Shown here: positions 8,607 to 18,787 of the stretch, piece by piece | Layout: every line of letters begins with the position of its first letter | Position numbering within the stretch: the first letter of the stretch is position 1 | Assembly (NCBI GenBank): GCA_965219095.1 | Contig: CBDCMT010000001.1 | Span: 2,048,001-2,112,000 of the forward strand | DNA: 64,000 nucleotides | Direction of reading: 5' to 3' | From: Bdellovibrionales bacterium | GTDB lineage: Bacteria; Bdellovibrionota; Bdellovibrionia; Bdellovibrionales; UBA1609 | Position numbers and translations under genes: made by a program | The notes under the pieces: model-generated | Told to the model about the DNA's origin: nothing | Databases searched by the model: none | What the model saw: the letters and a program-made list of their open reading frames with translations, nothing else

Positions 8607-11600
8607 ATGAATATAGAAAATGAAAAGAAACGACAAAAAAAGAATAAAACAAGAAAGGGATCAGAATTTTTGAGCCTTAAATTGAATGTAAAAATTTTTA
8701 CTATTTTTTTGAGTTTTTATAGTGCCTTTTTTCTTTATTCAAAGCCTCTTTTTTCACAAACTTTAGGTCTTCCCCTTTCAGAGTTCTACCTTCATTTATC
8801 TGAAGATCTTGTTTGCGATAAAGAGACGAAAAATATTTGTGAAAAATTTGAATTTTATAAAAAGGAGATTGCCGAACATCATAATGGACTTATTGACAGA
8901 GAAAAGCTCCAAATCTTAGCGAGAGAGTCTAGAGAGAAAATTGACTTTTCCTTATTTAACCCTCAGGAAAGTAAGATATGGAAGAACAAAAAAAGGGATG
9001 AAGTTGAAAAACCTCTTCTCTCAAATGACGAAACTGTACGTTACTTAAGTTTCGTTCCTATTTACATAGGTCTTTCTGGATTTCTTGTAGAAACTAAAGC
9101 TAAAAAAAGATACCTTATTGTTTTTGGGCGTAATGCTCATAATATTCTCCTAAGAAAAGCTCTTTTAAAAAGATTAGGATATAAAACTCCTCCTTACCAG
9201 CATGTAAAAAAAATGAAAGTAAAATTTAATTCTTCTAACAGGTGGAAACTATTTACTAAAAATGTTCAAAGGAAAATGAAAGCTATCAATATTGACAGAT
9301 GGATTACAAATATTGATAGAAGAGACATGGAGAAAAACAACAACAAAAATGATCCTTTAAAATCAAATTGGAAACTTAAAGAACAAAGTCCTGAAAACCT
9401 ACTTATTTTTCAAGATGTCTTAGTGACCTCAGAAAAAAATGACTTTTACGACCTTGCTCAAGGACCTCCTATAAGTAAAAACAGACCTCTTGTTAAAGAC
9501 AGACGGGTTTTTAGAAGTCTCCTTATCCCTTACAGCCTTGTAGATATTCCTGAAACTTTAAACAAATGGCAATGGAATATGGGTCAAGAATTTAACAATA
9601 AAATTTTGTTTCCTAGTAAGTTTGAAGAGTTTTTTCAAACTTCTTATTCTGATGGAAAATGGATAGCTCGCAAAATTTTAAAACTAAAAAGAGAAGATTT
9701 TGAAAAAATTGCAAAAGAAGGGGTCTTTCCTAGATCTGTAGAGCTTTTAGCTGTAGAAAAACTTATTTCTAGAAGAAATTCTCTTTGTAGCATTTTTTTT
9801 CCTCAAGATAAAAATTGCATAAAAGATGTTAATATAAAAGTTACTGATCCTGAAGATCCTGAGTTGCTTAAAGAGGGAATTTTACTTAAAAATACAAGAG
9901 AAGGAAAGTATGATGATGAAAACAGTTGGTGGATTGGTTATGGATCAAGGTTTTCTTATGGAGCTGATGAATCCCCTCTTTCTCAAAAGGAAATTTTTTC
10001 TTTTGTTAAATCTCAATTTTTTTCAAACATCCTTTCTAATTTTATAACAGAGGTCAACACAGACATCCTTCCTAACTCTCAAGATAATTTACAGGAAGAA
10101 GCTCGAAAGCAGTACATAGAAGACTTTACCAAACAATTCAATGATGATCTTAATGCTCTTGAAAGAGGAGAAAGAACAAAGCCACCAAGAGATCGTTTAA
10201 AGTCTTTTAAAACTTGGACTAAGGAGATGTTTGGCTTTCGTCTTAATGCTGGCCGGGATGTGATTTTTGGAAACTATCAAGGAACTGATAATCAGATTCA
10301 GCTTGTTCATAGTTTTGGATGGGCTATGGATTTAGGCCTTTTTCTAGGCTCTCATGGAGGTCCTCGAGATTTAGGAGTTTTTGGTAATTTAGGTCTTTCT
10401 TATGGGGAAAACTATATTCACATAACTCCTACCAAAAGTGTTGAAGCAGCAAATAAAATGCCTTATCGCAATATCTTTGTAAACTTCACTATGGAAAAAA
10501 TAAGTCGAGGTTTCGAAAATTTTAGACAAGAAAACCCAGAATTGATCCATTTAGATTTTTTTGATTTAAAAAAGAAAAGTAGGGAGGAACAAAAAGACTT
10601 AAAAGAAAAGGGAAAAAAATTCATTGAAAAGATGAGTAAAACTTTAGAAAAGAATTTGAAAGTAGGAGAATCTTTTCTTATGATAAGAAATATAGGTCCT
10701 TTTTCTGCTTTAAACGCACTCCTTTCTTTGGGACATGAAATGACCCTTTCAACTCAAATCAGAAAACAAATTCAAGAACTCGATCGTATTCATATCTTTA
10801 GAAAAAGCCAAAAAGAAGTTCAAGTTTATATTTCTAATGGTCATAGCTCTGGTTGGGGGTTTACCGTTCAGTTCAAAAAATTTATACCTATTTTCACTTA
10901 TCGTTATAACTATGTAAAATCAGCTAAACCTTTTGAAACAAATTTTTTTAAACTTAACATGGAACTAAACCAGGAAGAGAACCCTCAGATCACTGAAAAT
11001 CTCATAGTTCTTGAGAAACTTTTTAGCTCTCCCTTCTATGATGAGGATAATCTTTTCGAACTTAGTCGGTTACAATCTCCTGTGAAAATCTCTCACAATT
11101 TTGAAGAGTCTACGCAGAGCATAGATTTTTTATGGATGAACCATGTTAAACTTCAGCAATTTGATAAAATTAAAGTAGAGGAAAAAGCAGGAGAAGAAAA
11201 TTTTGAAAAAGACTACTTTATAGTCTCTTCAGGAAAACGTTCTGGAGACAACTATCAAAAATTATCTCTTAATATAGCTAACTATATCATTCAAGACTTA
11301 AGGGATGGTAAAGATGACATAATTTTAAATTTTAATAACACAAGTCGTCCTTCAGAAACTATTTTCGGTAAATCCACATCAAGAGAAATCACTTTAGAAG
11401 GTGTGTTAAAACCAAAGGCCATTGAAGAGCCTTTTCTAAAACTCACCTACACTTGGAAGGGTTGGAGTTCTTCAAAACAAAAAGCAGAAAAGATCTTTAA
11501 AGAGATTAATGACTTTCAAAGCTCTCTTAGAAGAAAAACAAACTTAGAAGCCTTACCTATAGAAAGATTTAACATGACAAAAGAGCTTCAGCTTTATTCT

Positions 11601-12125
11601 ATTTACTATAACATTTATATTTACGAAGAGGGCTTAAAGTCTCTTTCTACTTTTGGAAACAATAACGAGACATTTATAACTAACTTTTTTATAGAAAAAA
11701 AGATATTTAACAATTTTGGCTGTCCTAACACTATTAAAATTGAAACAGCTCCCCATCTTTTACAAAAAGGTTGTGGTAGGCCTATTGTAAGGAGGTTTTT
11801 TGAGGCTCAAGAAGCTTATAAAAGAGCTTTCCAAAACGCAAGAGCACAAGACTTATCAAAGGCTACAATTGCACTTATGAGCTTTACTGAAGGTCTTAGT
11901 TTTTCAGATTTTTCAGAAATGATAGGGGGAGTGAAGAACTTTTATGCAAGCTCTTATGTTATAGGTTTCCGAGAGGGTGATGAAGGAAATTTTGAACCCA
12001 TTAGAGGTAACACTCTTGGTGAGGTTAAGTCCAGAAAACCACAAGGGCCTCTTATGCACACTCTTAGAAGACTTGATGTTTCCCATAGTGAATTTTACCT
12101 TTACTGGATGATGAGGCAATTATGA
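8607..12125 (+). CDS. Large hypothetical, probably exported protein (1172 aa)
   Basis: Long intact ORF; hydrophobic signal-like segment KIFTIFLSFYSAFFLYSKPLFSQ (true start may be a later TTG); no family recognised with confidence. Confidence 0.85.
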   Translation: MNIENEKKRQKKNKTRKGSEFLSLKLNVKIFTIFLSFYSAFFLYSKPLFSQTLGLPLSEFYLHLSEDLVCDKETKNICEKFEFYKKEIAEHHNGLIDREKLQILARESREKIDFSLFNPQESKIWKNKKRDEVEKPLLSNDETVRYLSFVPIYIGLSGFLVETKAKKRYLIVFGRNAHNILLRKALLKRLGYKTPPYQHVKKMKVKFNSSNRWKLFTKNVQRKMKAINIDRWITNIDRRDMEKNNNKNDPLKSNWKLKEQSPENLLIFQDVLVTSEKNDFYDLAQGPPISKNRPLVKDRRVFRSLLIPYSLVDIPETLNKWQWNMGQEFNNKILFPSKFEEFFQTSYSDGKWIARKILKLKREDFEKIAKEGVFPRSVELLAVEKLISRRNSLCSIFFPQDKNCIKDVNIKVTDPEDPELLKEGILLKNTREGKYDDENSWWIGYGSRFSYGADESPLSQKEIFSFVKSQFFSNILSNFITEVNTDILPNSQDNLQEEARKQYIEDFTKQFNDDLNALERGERTKPPRDRLKSFKTWTKEMFGFRLNAGRDVIFGNYQGTDNQIQLVHSFGWAMDLGLFLGSHGGPRDLGVFGNLGLSYGENYIHITPTKSVEAANKMPYRNIFVNFTMEKISRGFENFRQENPELIHLDFFDLKKKSREEQKDLKEKGKKFIEKMSKTLEKNLKVGESFLMIRNIGPFSALNALLSLGHEMTLSTQIRKQIQELDRIHIFRKSQKEVQVYISNGHSSGWGFTVQFKKFIPIFTYRYNYVKSAKPFETNFFKLNMELNQEENPQITENLIVLEKLFSSPFYDEDNLFELSRLQSPVKISHNFEESTQSIDFLWMNHVKLQQFDKIKVEEKAGEENFEKDYFIVSSGKRSGDNYQKLSLNIANYIIQDLRDGKDDIILNFNNTSRPSETIFGKSTSREITLEGVLKPKAIEEPFLKLTYTWKGWSSSKQKAEKIFKEINDFQSSLRRKTNLEALPIERFNMTKELQLYSIYYNIYIYEEGLKSLSTFGNNNETFITNFFIEKKIFNNFGCPNTIKIETAPHLLQKGCGRPIVRRFFEAQEAYKRAFQNARAQDLSKATIALMSFTEGLSFSDFSEMIGGVKNFYASSYVIGFREGDEGNFEPIRGNTLGEVKSRKPQGPLMHTLRRLDVSHSEFYLYWMMRQL

Positions 12126-12186
12126 AAAAGCAATGTAAAATGATGAAGACAATTGTAATAAATATAATGATAAGGTTAGATTAGGC

Positions 12187-15100
12187 ATGATATTAAAACG
12201 ACTTTTTTTCTTCATTTTTCTTATCTTAACTTTAGTTTTTAAACTTCAAGGTGATGTGATAACTCCCTCGAATGATAAAATGCCTCTTAATGATCCTTAC
12301 TCTGCTTACCAATGGGGACTGTTTCCTCATGGACAGGTGATCAGCGAAAATCTTACAGACATTATTCTTAAACCTAAGACAGTGGAGCCTTATGCTGGTA
12401 TTGGCTGGCGTATAGGAGAAAAACTCCCTCAAATGAAAAAAGATGTGATTGTGGCTGTTATTGATTCAGGAGTGGATGTAGAGCATGAAGATCTTAAAGG
12501 CTTAATAGCCCTTAACACCAAAGAGTGTAGCGAAGAGAACAAGGCTCCCTCTTGGGATATGGATTCTTTGCCTGAAGATAAAGACGGGAACGGTTATCAA
12601 GGAGACTGCTGGGGATGGAACTTTACAGAAAATAACAATATCGTAAAAGATAGAAAAGGCCACGGAACTCACGTAGCAGGGATTGTTTCAGCTGTTACAA
12701 ATAATAATATTGGCATTTCAGGGCTTTCTAACAGAATTAAAATTTTACCTATAAAAGTTTTTAGAGCCTTAGAAGAAAACCAATACTACAAGATTTTAAA
12801 AACCCAAGGGAAAAAAAACTTAGAAGAAGAGGAATTAGGAGAAAAAGGTATTCAGAATAAGAGCCCCATATCAAAGGCTATTGATTATGCTATTTTAAGA
12901 AAAGCCGATGTCATTCAAATGAGTTTTGGCTACCCTTTAGTCTTTGATGTTCCTGATATTAGAGCATCCATTCAAAAAGCTTTAGAGAAAAACATTACAG
13001 TTGTTGTAGCCTCCGGAAACAATGGCCACAATGCTTTTATTCTCCCCTGTGCTATCTCTAGTGTCTTATGTGTAGGAGCTTCTAACGGACTAGGAGAGTT
13101 GTCTCGATTTTCTAACTACGGAGGCCATGTTGATTTACTTGCCCCAGGAGTTCAAATCTTTAGTCTTTTTTCAAAAGACGTAAATCGAAGACAGTTTTTT
13201 AACTACTTTGCTAGTCAAAATTATGGTATTTTTAATGGCACAAGCCAAGCAAGTCCTTTTGTTTCCTCTAGTGTTGCTTTTTTAAAGGGGGTTTTTCCTA
13301 GCATTTCAAATGATGAGATTAAAGCAAGACTTTACTTAAGTGCAAAATCTTCTCACAATAAAAAGAAAGATTACACAATTCAAGGTCTCTTTAACCTATC
13401 AAAAGCTCTTTTTACTAAACCACAAGCTGTTTTACGGCCTAATTTTAAAGTCCAAAGATTAACTGAACTTATAGAGAATAAAGCAGAAATTCACTTTCAA
13501 GTAAAAAACTACTGGAAGGAAACAAAAAACTTAGTTCAAGTTAAAGTTCATTTAAAAGACCCCTTTGAAATGTCTTGGGAGTTTGATTTTAAGGGTTTTT
13601 CTCAGGGAAAAATAGAAGATATAAAATTTCAAATTCCCATAGAAAATGAAAATCTTCATAGCCAACTTAGGTTTTTTGTAGAGATTCATGAGGGAAGTCG
13701 TTCTATAGGTTCTTTCTTTCACGAAGTTGACATTTATAAAAGCTTTAAAACTTTTCAAGATAAATCTTTTGTAAAAGTAAATCTTCCTTATCGAGATGAA
13801 GAGGATGAAGATTTCTCAGAATTTCTTTCCTATCTCTTTGAAAAAAAAGGAGCACTCAAACGAGTTTATGAACCTTATAAAGCCTCACCTTTTCCTACTT
13901 ACTACACAACTTATAACACAAAAGAAGGTTTAAAGGTTTTTATCTGGTCTTTTAAAACTCCTACAAAACTAGAAAAGAAAGAAATTTTTATCCCTAACCT
14001 TGTTGATGACAGAATTTCTTTTGCACCTCAATTCATAAAAGCTGATTTTAATTTTGATGGAAAAAAAGACTATCTTATAAAAGGTGCAACAAAAGATTCT
14101 CGAAAAGAAGGAGGAGAAAAAAATAAACAATACATACAATACTCTTTTTTCGATCATAACCTCAACCCTCTCTTTAAAGGAATCTCCTCTCACTGGAGAA
14201 GAAAATTTGATAATATTTCTCTTTTTGCCAATCCCAATAGGGATTTTATTGTTAACCTTTATAACTCTGAAATGCGTTTTTTTCCTATAGAATCAGATGA
14301 CCCAAGAATAGGCATTTTTAACTCTCCCCTAATCTTAACATCCATGAAGTCTCCCAAATTTGATACTCTACTTCACCCTGATGACTCTCACTTAAATTAT
14401 ATAAAGAACTCTCTTTTCTACCTAAATCCTGTGATTAGAAACGATAAAAAAGGAAATGAAGTGGTTTTTCTTGAAGAGCGAATCATGAATTCCTATAAAT
14501 TTAAAGAAAATTTAAGAAACAAGATCGAAAAATATCAAGAAAAAGAAAAAGATGAATATTTCGATGTGACAAATCCTTTTACAGCTATAGAATTCCTAAC
14601 TCTCTTTCCTCAAAAAACAAACACAGAATTAAAAGCTTTATTAGCTGTGGGAAAAGGGCAAAATAAAATATATTATGGAGTGTCCTTCAAAGAAAATATA
14701 GAAAATTATACTTTAGAAAAACTAGATTATAAGAATTATGAGCTCCAGGGAAATAAGATAGAGCCTCTTATTTCTATCTCTCAAAACAAAGTTCAGCCCT
14801 CTGAAGGTTTGGTTTTTGTTAAATCTTTTAATTTAAAAAGAATTCTTCGTGAGCCGCGTGTTTTAATTACAGATCCTGAAGATATAACTAAATACTATCC
14901 TCCTTTTTATCCTTCTTTTGAAAAAGAAGATGAAAAGCTTAATGACTTTTTAAAAAGCTATAAAACAGAAACGAAGTTAGTGTCTTTTTATGTCACGTCA
15001 AAGTCAAATATCGCTATACAGTCTATCTCTCTTAATACGAAAAAGGAGAAAATGATTTCAAAAAAGATCATTTATTCGGACTTCTTTCCTGGAATGAAGA

Positions 15101-15378
15101 TTTCAGAAAATTATCAAACCACACTTATTCTTGACAAAAAGAAGCTCAGGCCTGCCGTTTATATAGATGCCTCACTTATCTATGCTAAAAAAGTTTATTT
15201 CTTAGTTTTTGATGAAGAGCAAAATAAAATCATCCAACCTATAAAATATAGTCTAAAAATTCCTGAGAACTGTTTTTCTCTAGGAGTCACTTCTTACGGG
15301 AAAGAGGATGACTTCAAAGCAAATTTCTTTTGTAAAGAGGAGAAAGAGTGGAATCTTTACTTTGCAACCTTTGATTGA
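12187..15378 (+). CDS. Secreted S8 subtilisin-like serine peptidase with long C-terminal extension
   Basis: Signal peptide; triad motifs VIDSGVD, GHGTHVAG, NGTSQASP; oxyanion ASGN; DFNFDGKKD FG-GAP-like motif. Confidence 0.92.
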   Translation: MILKRLFFFIFLILTLVFKLQGDVITPSNDKMPLNDPYSAYQWGLFPHGQVISENLTDIILKPKTVEPYAGIGWRIGEKLPQMKKDVIVAVIDSGVDVEHEDLKGLIALNTKECSEENKAPSWDMDSLPEDKDGNGYQGDCWGWNFTENNNIVKDRKGHGTHVAGIVSAVTNNNIGISGLSNRIKILPIKVFRALEENQYYKILKTQGKKNLEEEELGEKGIQNKSPISKAIDYAILRKADVIQMSFGYPLVFDVPDIRASIQKALEKNITVVVASGNNGHNAFILPCAISSVLCVGASNGLGELSRFSNYGGHVDLLAPGVQIFSLFSKDVNRRQFFNYFASQNYGIFNGTSQASPFVSSSVAFLKGVFPSISNDEIKARLYLSAKSSHNKKKDYTIQGLFNLSKALFTKPQAVLRPNFKVQRLTELIENKAEIHFQVKNYWKETKNLVQVKVHLKDPFEMSWEFDFKGFSQGKIEDIKFQIPIENENLHSQLRFFVEIHEGSRSIGSFFHEVDIYKSFKTFQDKSFVKVNLPYRDEEDEDFSEFLSYLFEKKGALKRVYEPYKASPFPTYYTTYNTKEGLKVFIWSFKTPTKLEKKEIFIPNLVDDRISFAPQFIKADFNFDGKKDYLIKGATKDSRKEGGEKNKQYIQYSFFDHNLNPLFKGISSHWRRKFDNISLFANPNRDFIVNLYNSEMRFFPIESDDPRIGIFNSPLILTSMKSPKFDTLLHPDDSHLNYIKNSLFYLNPVIRNDKKGNEVVFLEERIMNSYKFKENLRNKIEKYQEKEKDEYFDVTNPFTAIEFLTLFPQKTNTELKALLAVGKGQNKIYYGVSFKENIENYTLEKLDYKNYELQGNKIEPLISISQNKVQPSEGLVFVKSFNLKRILREPRVLITDPEDITKYYPPFYPSFEKEDEKLNDFLKSYKTETKLVSFYVTSKSNIAIQSISLNTKKEKMISKKIIYSDFFPGMKISENYQTTLILDKKKLRPAVYIDASLIYAKKVYFLVFDEEQNKIIQPIKYSLKIPENCFSLGVTSYGKEDDFKANFFCKEEKEWNLYFATFD

Positions 15379-15540
15379 TCTTGTAATTACTGATCTCATA
15401 TTAAAAGGGTCTTATGGCATAATTCAGAATTTTTCGTAAGACTTTCTCTTTAGTAAACTATAAGGCTAATTCCTTTCTTTAAATGTCAATTCATTTCTAT
15501 TTTTATAATCCTTGTTATTTTTACAATTCTTTTTAAAAAA

Positions 15541-17061
15541 GCCTCCTCAAAAGAATCTGTGGGTTCCCGGAGGTTCTGGCAGTTTTCCAAGGTTATGATA
15601 TAAGGCGATTTTTATAGCTTTAGAGGTTCTAAAGCCGTAAGATTTTCTCATAGTGAGTTTTACTTTGTTGTTTAAACCCTCTACAATCCCTGAGGAGAAG
15701 GCTTTTTTAGCCTTGAAGCAATTAAGAATAAGTAGCTTATGTCTTCGTATGGTTTTTGCTTCTCTTTTCATAGGTTCAATTTTTGAAAGCATGACTCGTC
15801 TCGTCCAACTGTCTATAAATTTACCAGCCCAAGTTGGTGAAACATAGGTCCATAACTGTCGGAAGTCTTCTTTTAAAAAATAACAGCGGATACTTTTTAA
15901 ATTGTACTGTATTAAATGCCTTAATTTTACTTTTTCATAAGATTTTAAATTTTCTGCATTTTTTAACAAGGGCCATCTAGCTTTTGTTAAAAGGGGTTCA
16001 TACCCGTCTTCTTTCATTTTTTTGTGTTCTGAAGCTCTCACTTCGTCTAAAGCCTTATTGAGTCTTGCTACGATATGAAACCGATCTAATATATTCAAAG
16101 CTTGACTTGCCCTTTCCTTTATTACTTTTAAATAGGGCTTCCACATATCAGAACACACAAACTGTATATCTTTTGACTTCTCTCCTAGTAAATCAAAAAA
16201 CTTGTTGAAACTCTTTTCTGTTCTTTTTTCTCCTATCCATAGCAAACGAACACTTTCTTTGCTTATTTCATAGACTAAGGTGAGATACTGATGGTTCTTT
16301 TTCCATTGTATTTCATCTACACCTATAGCTTGTATTCCCTTTAAAACCCTTTGTTTTAAACCATATTCTACGACCCATTCTACCGAAGCATAGACCTGAT
16401 TCCAACTGACATGAAACTTACAAGAAACCTCTTTCCAAGACAGGTGACGACACCAGTCAGCTAAGTACTTCATGTAAAAAATTGTTAGGTTTTTCTTCCC
16501 ATCTGCCCAAGGTAAATACTCAACTTTTACTCCACAGCAAGAACAATTAACTCTTCTTACAAAATAAACAAAAAACACCCTGTAACTTAAAATAGGAAGG
16601 GATTCAAAGTCCCGTGATGATTTACTGCTGTCATACACTGAACAGGGCTTCTTACAAACACTACAAAAAGCTTGGCCATTTTTACGAGCCTTAATAGGAA
16701 CATTAATTGACTTTCTATCTTTTGAAAAATAAATGTCTTCGTACACAAAAGACTTCCATCTTAAACAATCATTTAGTATAGTCTTCAAAAGCATCTCTTC
16801 CCTCCTTTTTTTTTTTTTTGAATAACATTTTAAGGCATCTGGGAAGTAGGTGCTTCTTTTTTAAAATTTTAATGTAATACAGCAAATAAAAGCAAATAAA
16901 ATGAATGTTTTTGAGTTCAATCACCGGAGGTGATAGAGGCCAGTAAGGGCCTCAAAGAACTCAAAAATACAAGATAGAATGTCTTACTCTTACTTTGATT
17001 AATATGAGCTCTTTTGGGGGATTTCTAGCTACTTTTCACCCACAGATTCCCGGGAGGAGCC
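15541..17061 (-). mobile_element. ISL3 element copy B (transposase 16794-15547)
   Basis: Near-identical to copy A; both ends present; no TSD. Confidence 0.95.
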
Positions 17062-17122
17062 AAAATTTGAAACAAATCTTGTGAAGTTTTAAGCTTATCA
17101 ATGAATACAGCTTGACCAACTT
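17062..17122 (-). pseudogene. Type IV coupling protein 3' fragment (paralog of 6602-6662)
   Basis: Reverse complement matches 6602-6662 with about 6 mismatches in 61 nt. Confidence 0.8.
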
Positions 17123-17513
17123 AACTGTCTTTCTTTTACTTGCAGGATTTTGTATCCGAAATAAAACAATATCTTTAAAAAGCTCGTTACATTCTTTTTA
17201 CCTCCGATCTGTTTTTACAGAGTAGTGGAAAACGCTGAAGTCGGACTCATTCTTAAAAAGAAGTTCTCTGCTCTCCTTTTTAAAAGATAAAAATTACATC
17301 ACTATAAAAAATTTATACAGTTTTTATAGTTTTAAAAAAAATAGTTTGTGTTTTTAACTTCTTTATGATAGACTCATTTTAATGATTATGAAAACAAAAA
17401 CAAGGCCAGACTGGAAGTCTATAACGTTTAAAGAAGTAGGTGACAATTTTTGTCATCTTTTGAATTTTTTTTACAGTCTTAGAGGCTCAGCTTTAAATAA
17501 TAAGGAGTTAAGC

Positions 17514-17530
17514 TTGGAATAGTTTTTGCT
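17514..17530 (+). promoter_or_regulatory. Sigma-54-type promoter of second ankyrin gene, separated from it by IS630
   Basis: TTGGAATAGTTTTTGCT identical to the 5019-5035 site. Confidence 0.65.
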
Positions 17531-17533
17531 ATA

Positions 17534-18669
17534 TAGTGCTTCCGTTTAGTTTTTCAGTTTCCTAAGATAGAGAAGTTATCAGTTATCAAAGTTTCTAATT
17601 TAGCTCTGTGTTTTCGTATTCCTCTAAAAAATTGACTTAAACTTCCCTTGAAATCGTCATAATTTTCATAATAGCGATTTGCTGTGACCTCTTTTTTCAT
17701 AAACTTCCAAAGCCTTTCTATAGGATTTAAATTCGGTGAATACGGAGGAAGATAAACAAGTTTTATATTCAACTCTTTCGCTAACTTCTTGACAGACTTC
17801 GATCTATTGTATCCGGCCCCATCTAAGATAAGATGAATCTCTTTTTCATCGGGATGCTTCTTAATGAATATGATGGAGCATATCACATATGGAAACATGG
17901 TTAACTGTCTTATAACTCCTGACTACCGTCTTCAAACTATTGATCTCAATAGCTCCACAAACATTCACTCTTTTTCTCCAGCCTGAATTGGTCTTCACTT
18001 CAAACTTCTTACCCTCTCTTATCCAACCATATGAAATCGTAGGGCCCACTCAGGATGTGTGGAATCAGCAAAGTAAACAGGACCCTCTTTCTTCTTAATT
18101 CTCTTGTATTTACGCACAAACTTTTTCTGCTCTTCTCTCTTTGCCTTACCCGGTATCGCTGTGGCTTTTTTATAAGAAAAACCAAGGCGATGGAGAAGAT
18201 CAATTACACCACTTGTTGAGTACGTAACACCAAAATTCTCCTCAATGAACTGAATAACGGTCTGTGATGATGGAAAAATTCTTTTCTCTAATTCCTTTAA
18301 AAGCATTTTCTCCTCTTTCTTAGTTAAAAAGGACCTTTTAGGGTTGTAATTGTCGTTGATTAAGCACTCTATCCTGCTTTGTTATAACGATCTCTACAGG
18401 CTCTTATCGTGCCCTCATCAATGAAAAGAAAGCAGGCAATATCTTTACACAACTTACCTTTATCTAAATGGAGAATTGTCATAATCCTTTTTGCGTATTT
18501 AAGATTTTTCTCTAGAGATAGTTCATAGAGTAAATCTTTTCGCTCTTTTTTTGATAGAAACCCTGACATATGAAACTATTTTTAAAAATAAATGACTTTT
18601 TATCAAGGCCTTAGAATAAAAACTAGACCTCAACTCAAAAAAAAACGGAAAACCTAAGCGGAAGCACTA
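17534..18669 (-). mobile_element. IS630 lineage 1 copy, transposase frameshifted (pseudogene)
   Basis: TIR TAGTGCTTCCG, TA target; LPPYSPNLNPIERLW motif; extra frameshifts relative to the other copies. Confidence 0.92.
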
Positions 18670-18787
18670 TATATAATTAGAAAGGTTAAAGTTCCTTACC
18701 TAAATATAAGAAAATAGGACTTAAAAACAAAAAAATGAAAGATAGCTATTTGAAATAAATATCTTTCACAAACAAAAGGAGGATGTT

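Noticed and set aside
11913..14290. Short antisense or alternate-frame ORFs inside the large genes (also those within pan/coa, sulfur genes, activator and transposases)
   Set aside because: They overlap well-supported genes and have no RBS or recognisable motifs
6663..17061. Simple composite transposon formed by ISL3 copies A and B
   Set aside because: Outer flanks are reverse complements rather than a direct TSD, so there is no evidence of transposition as one unit
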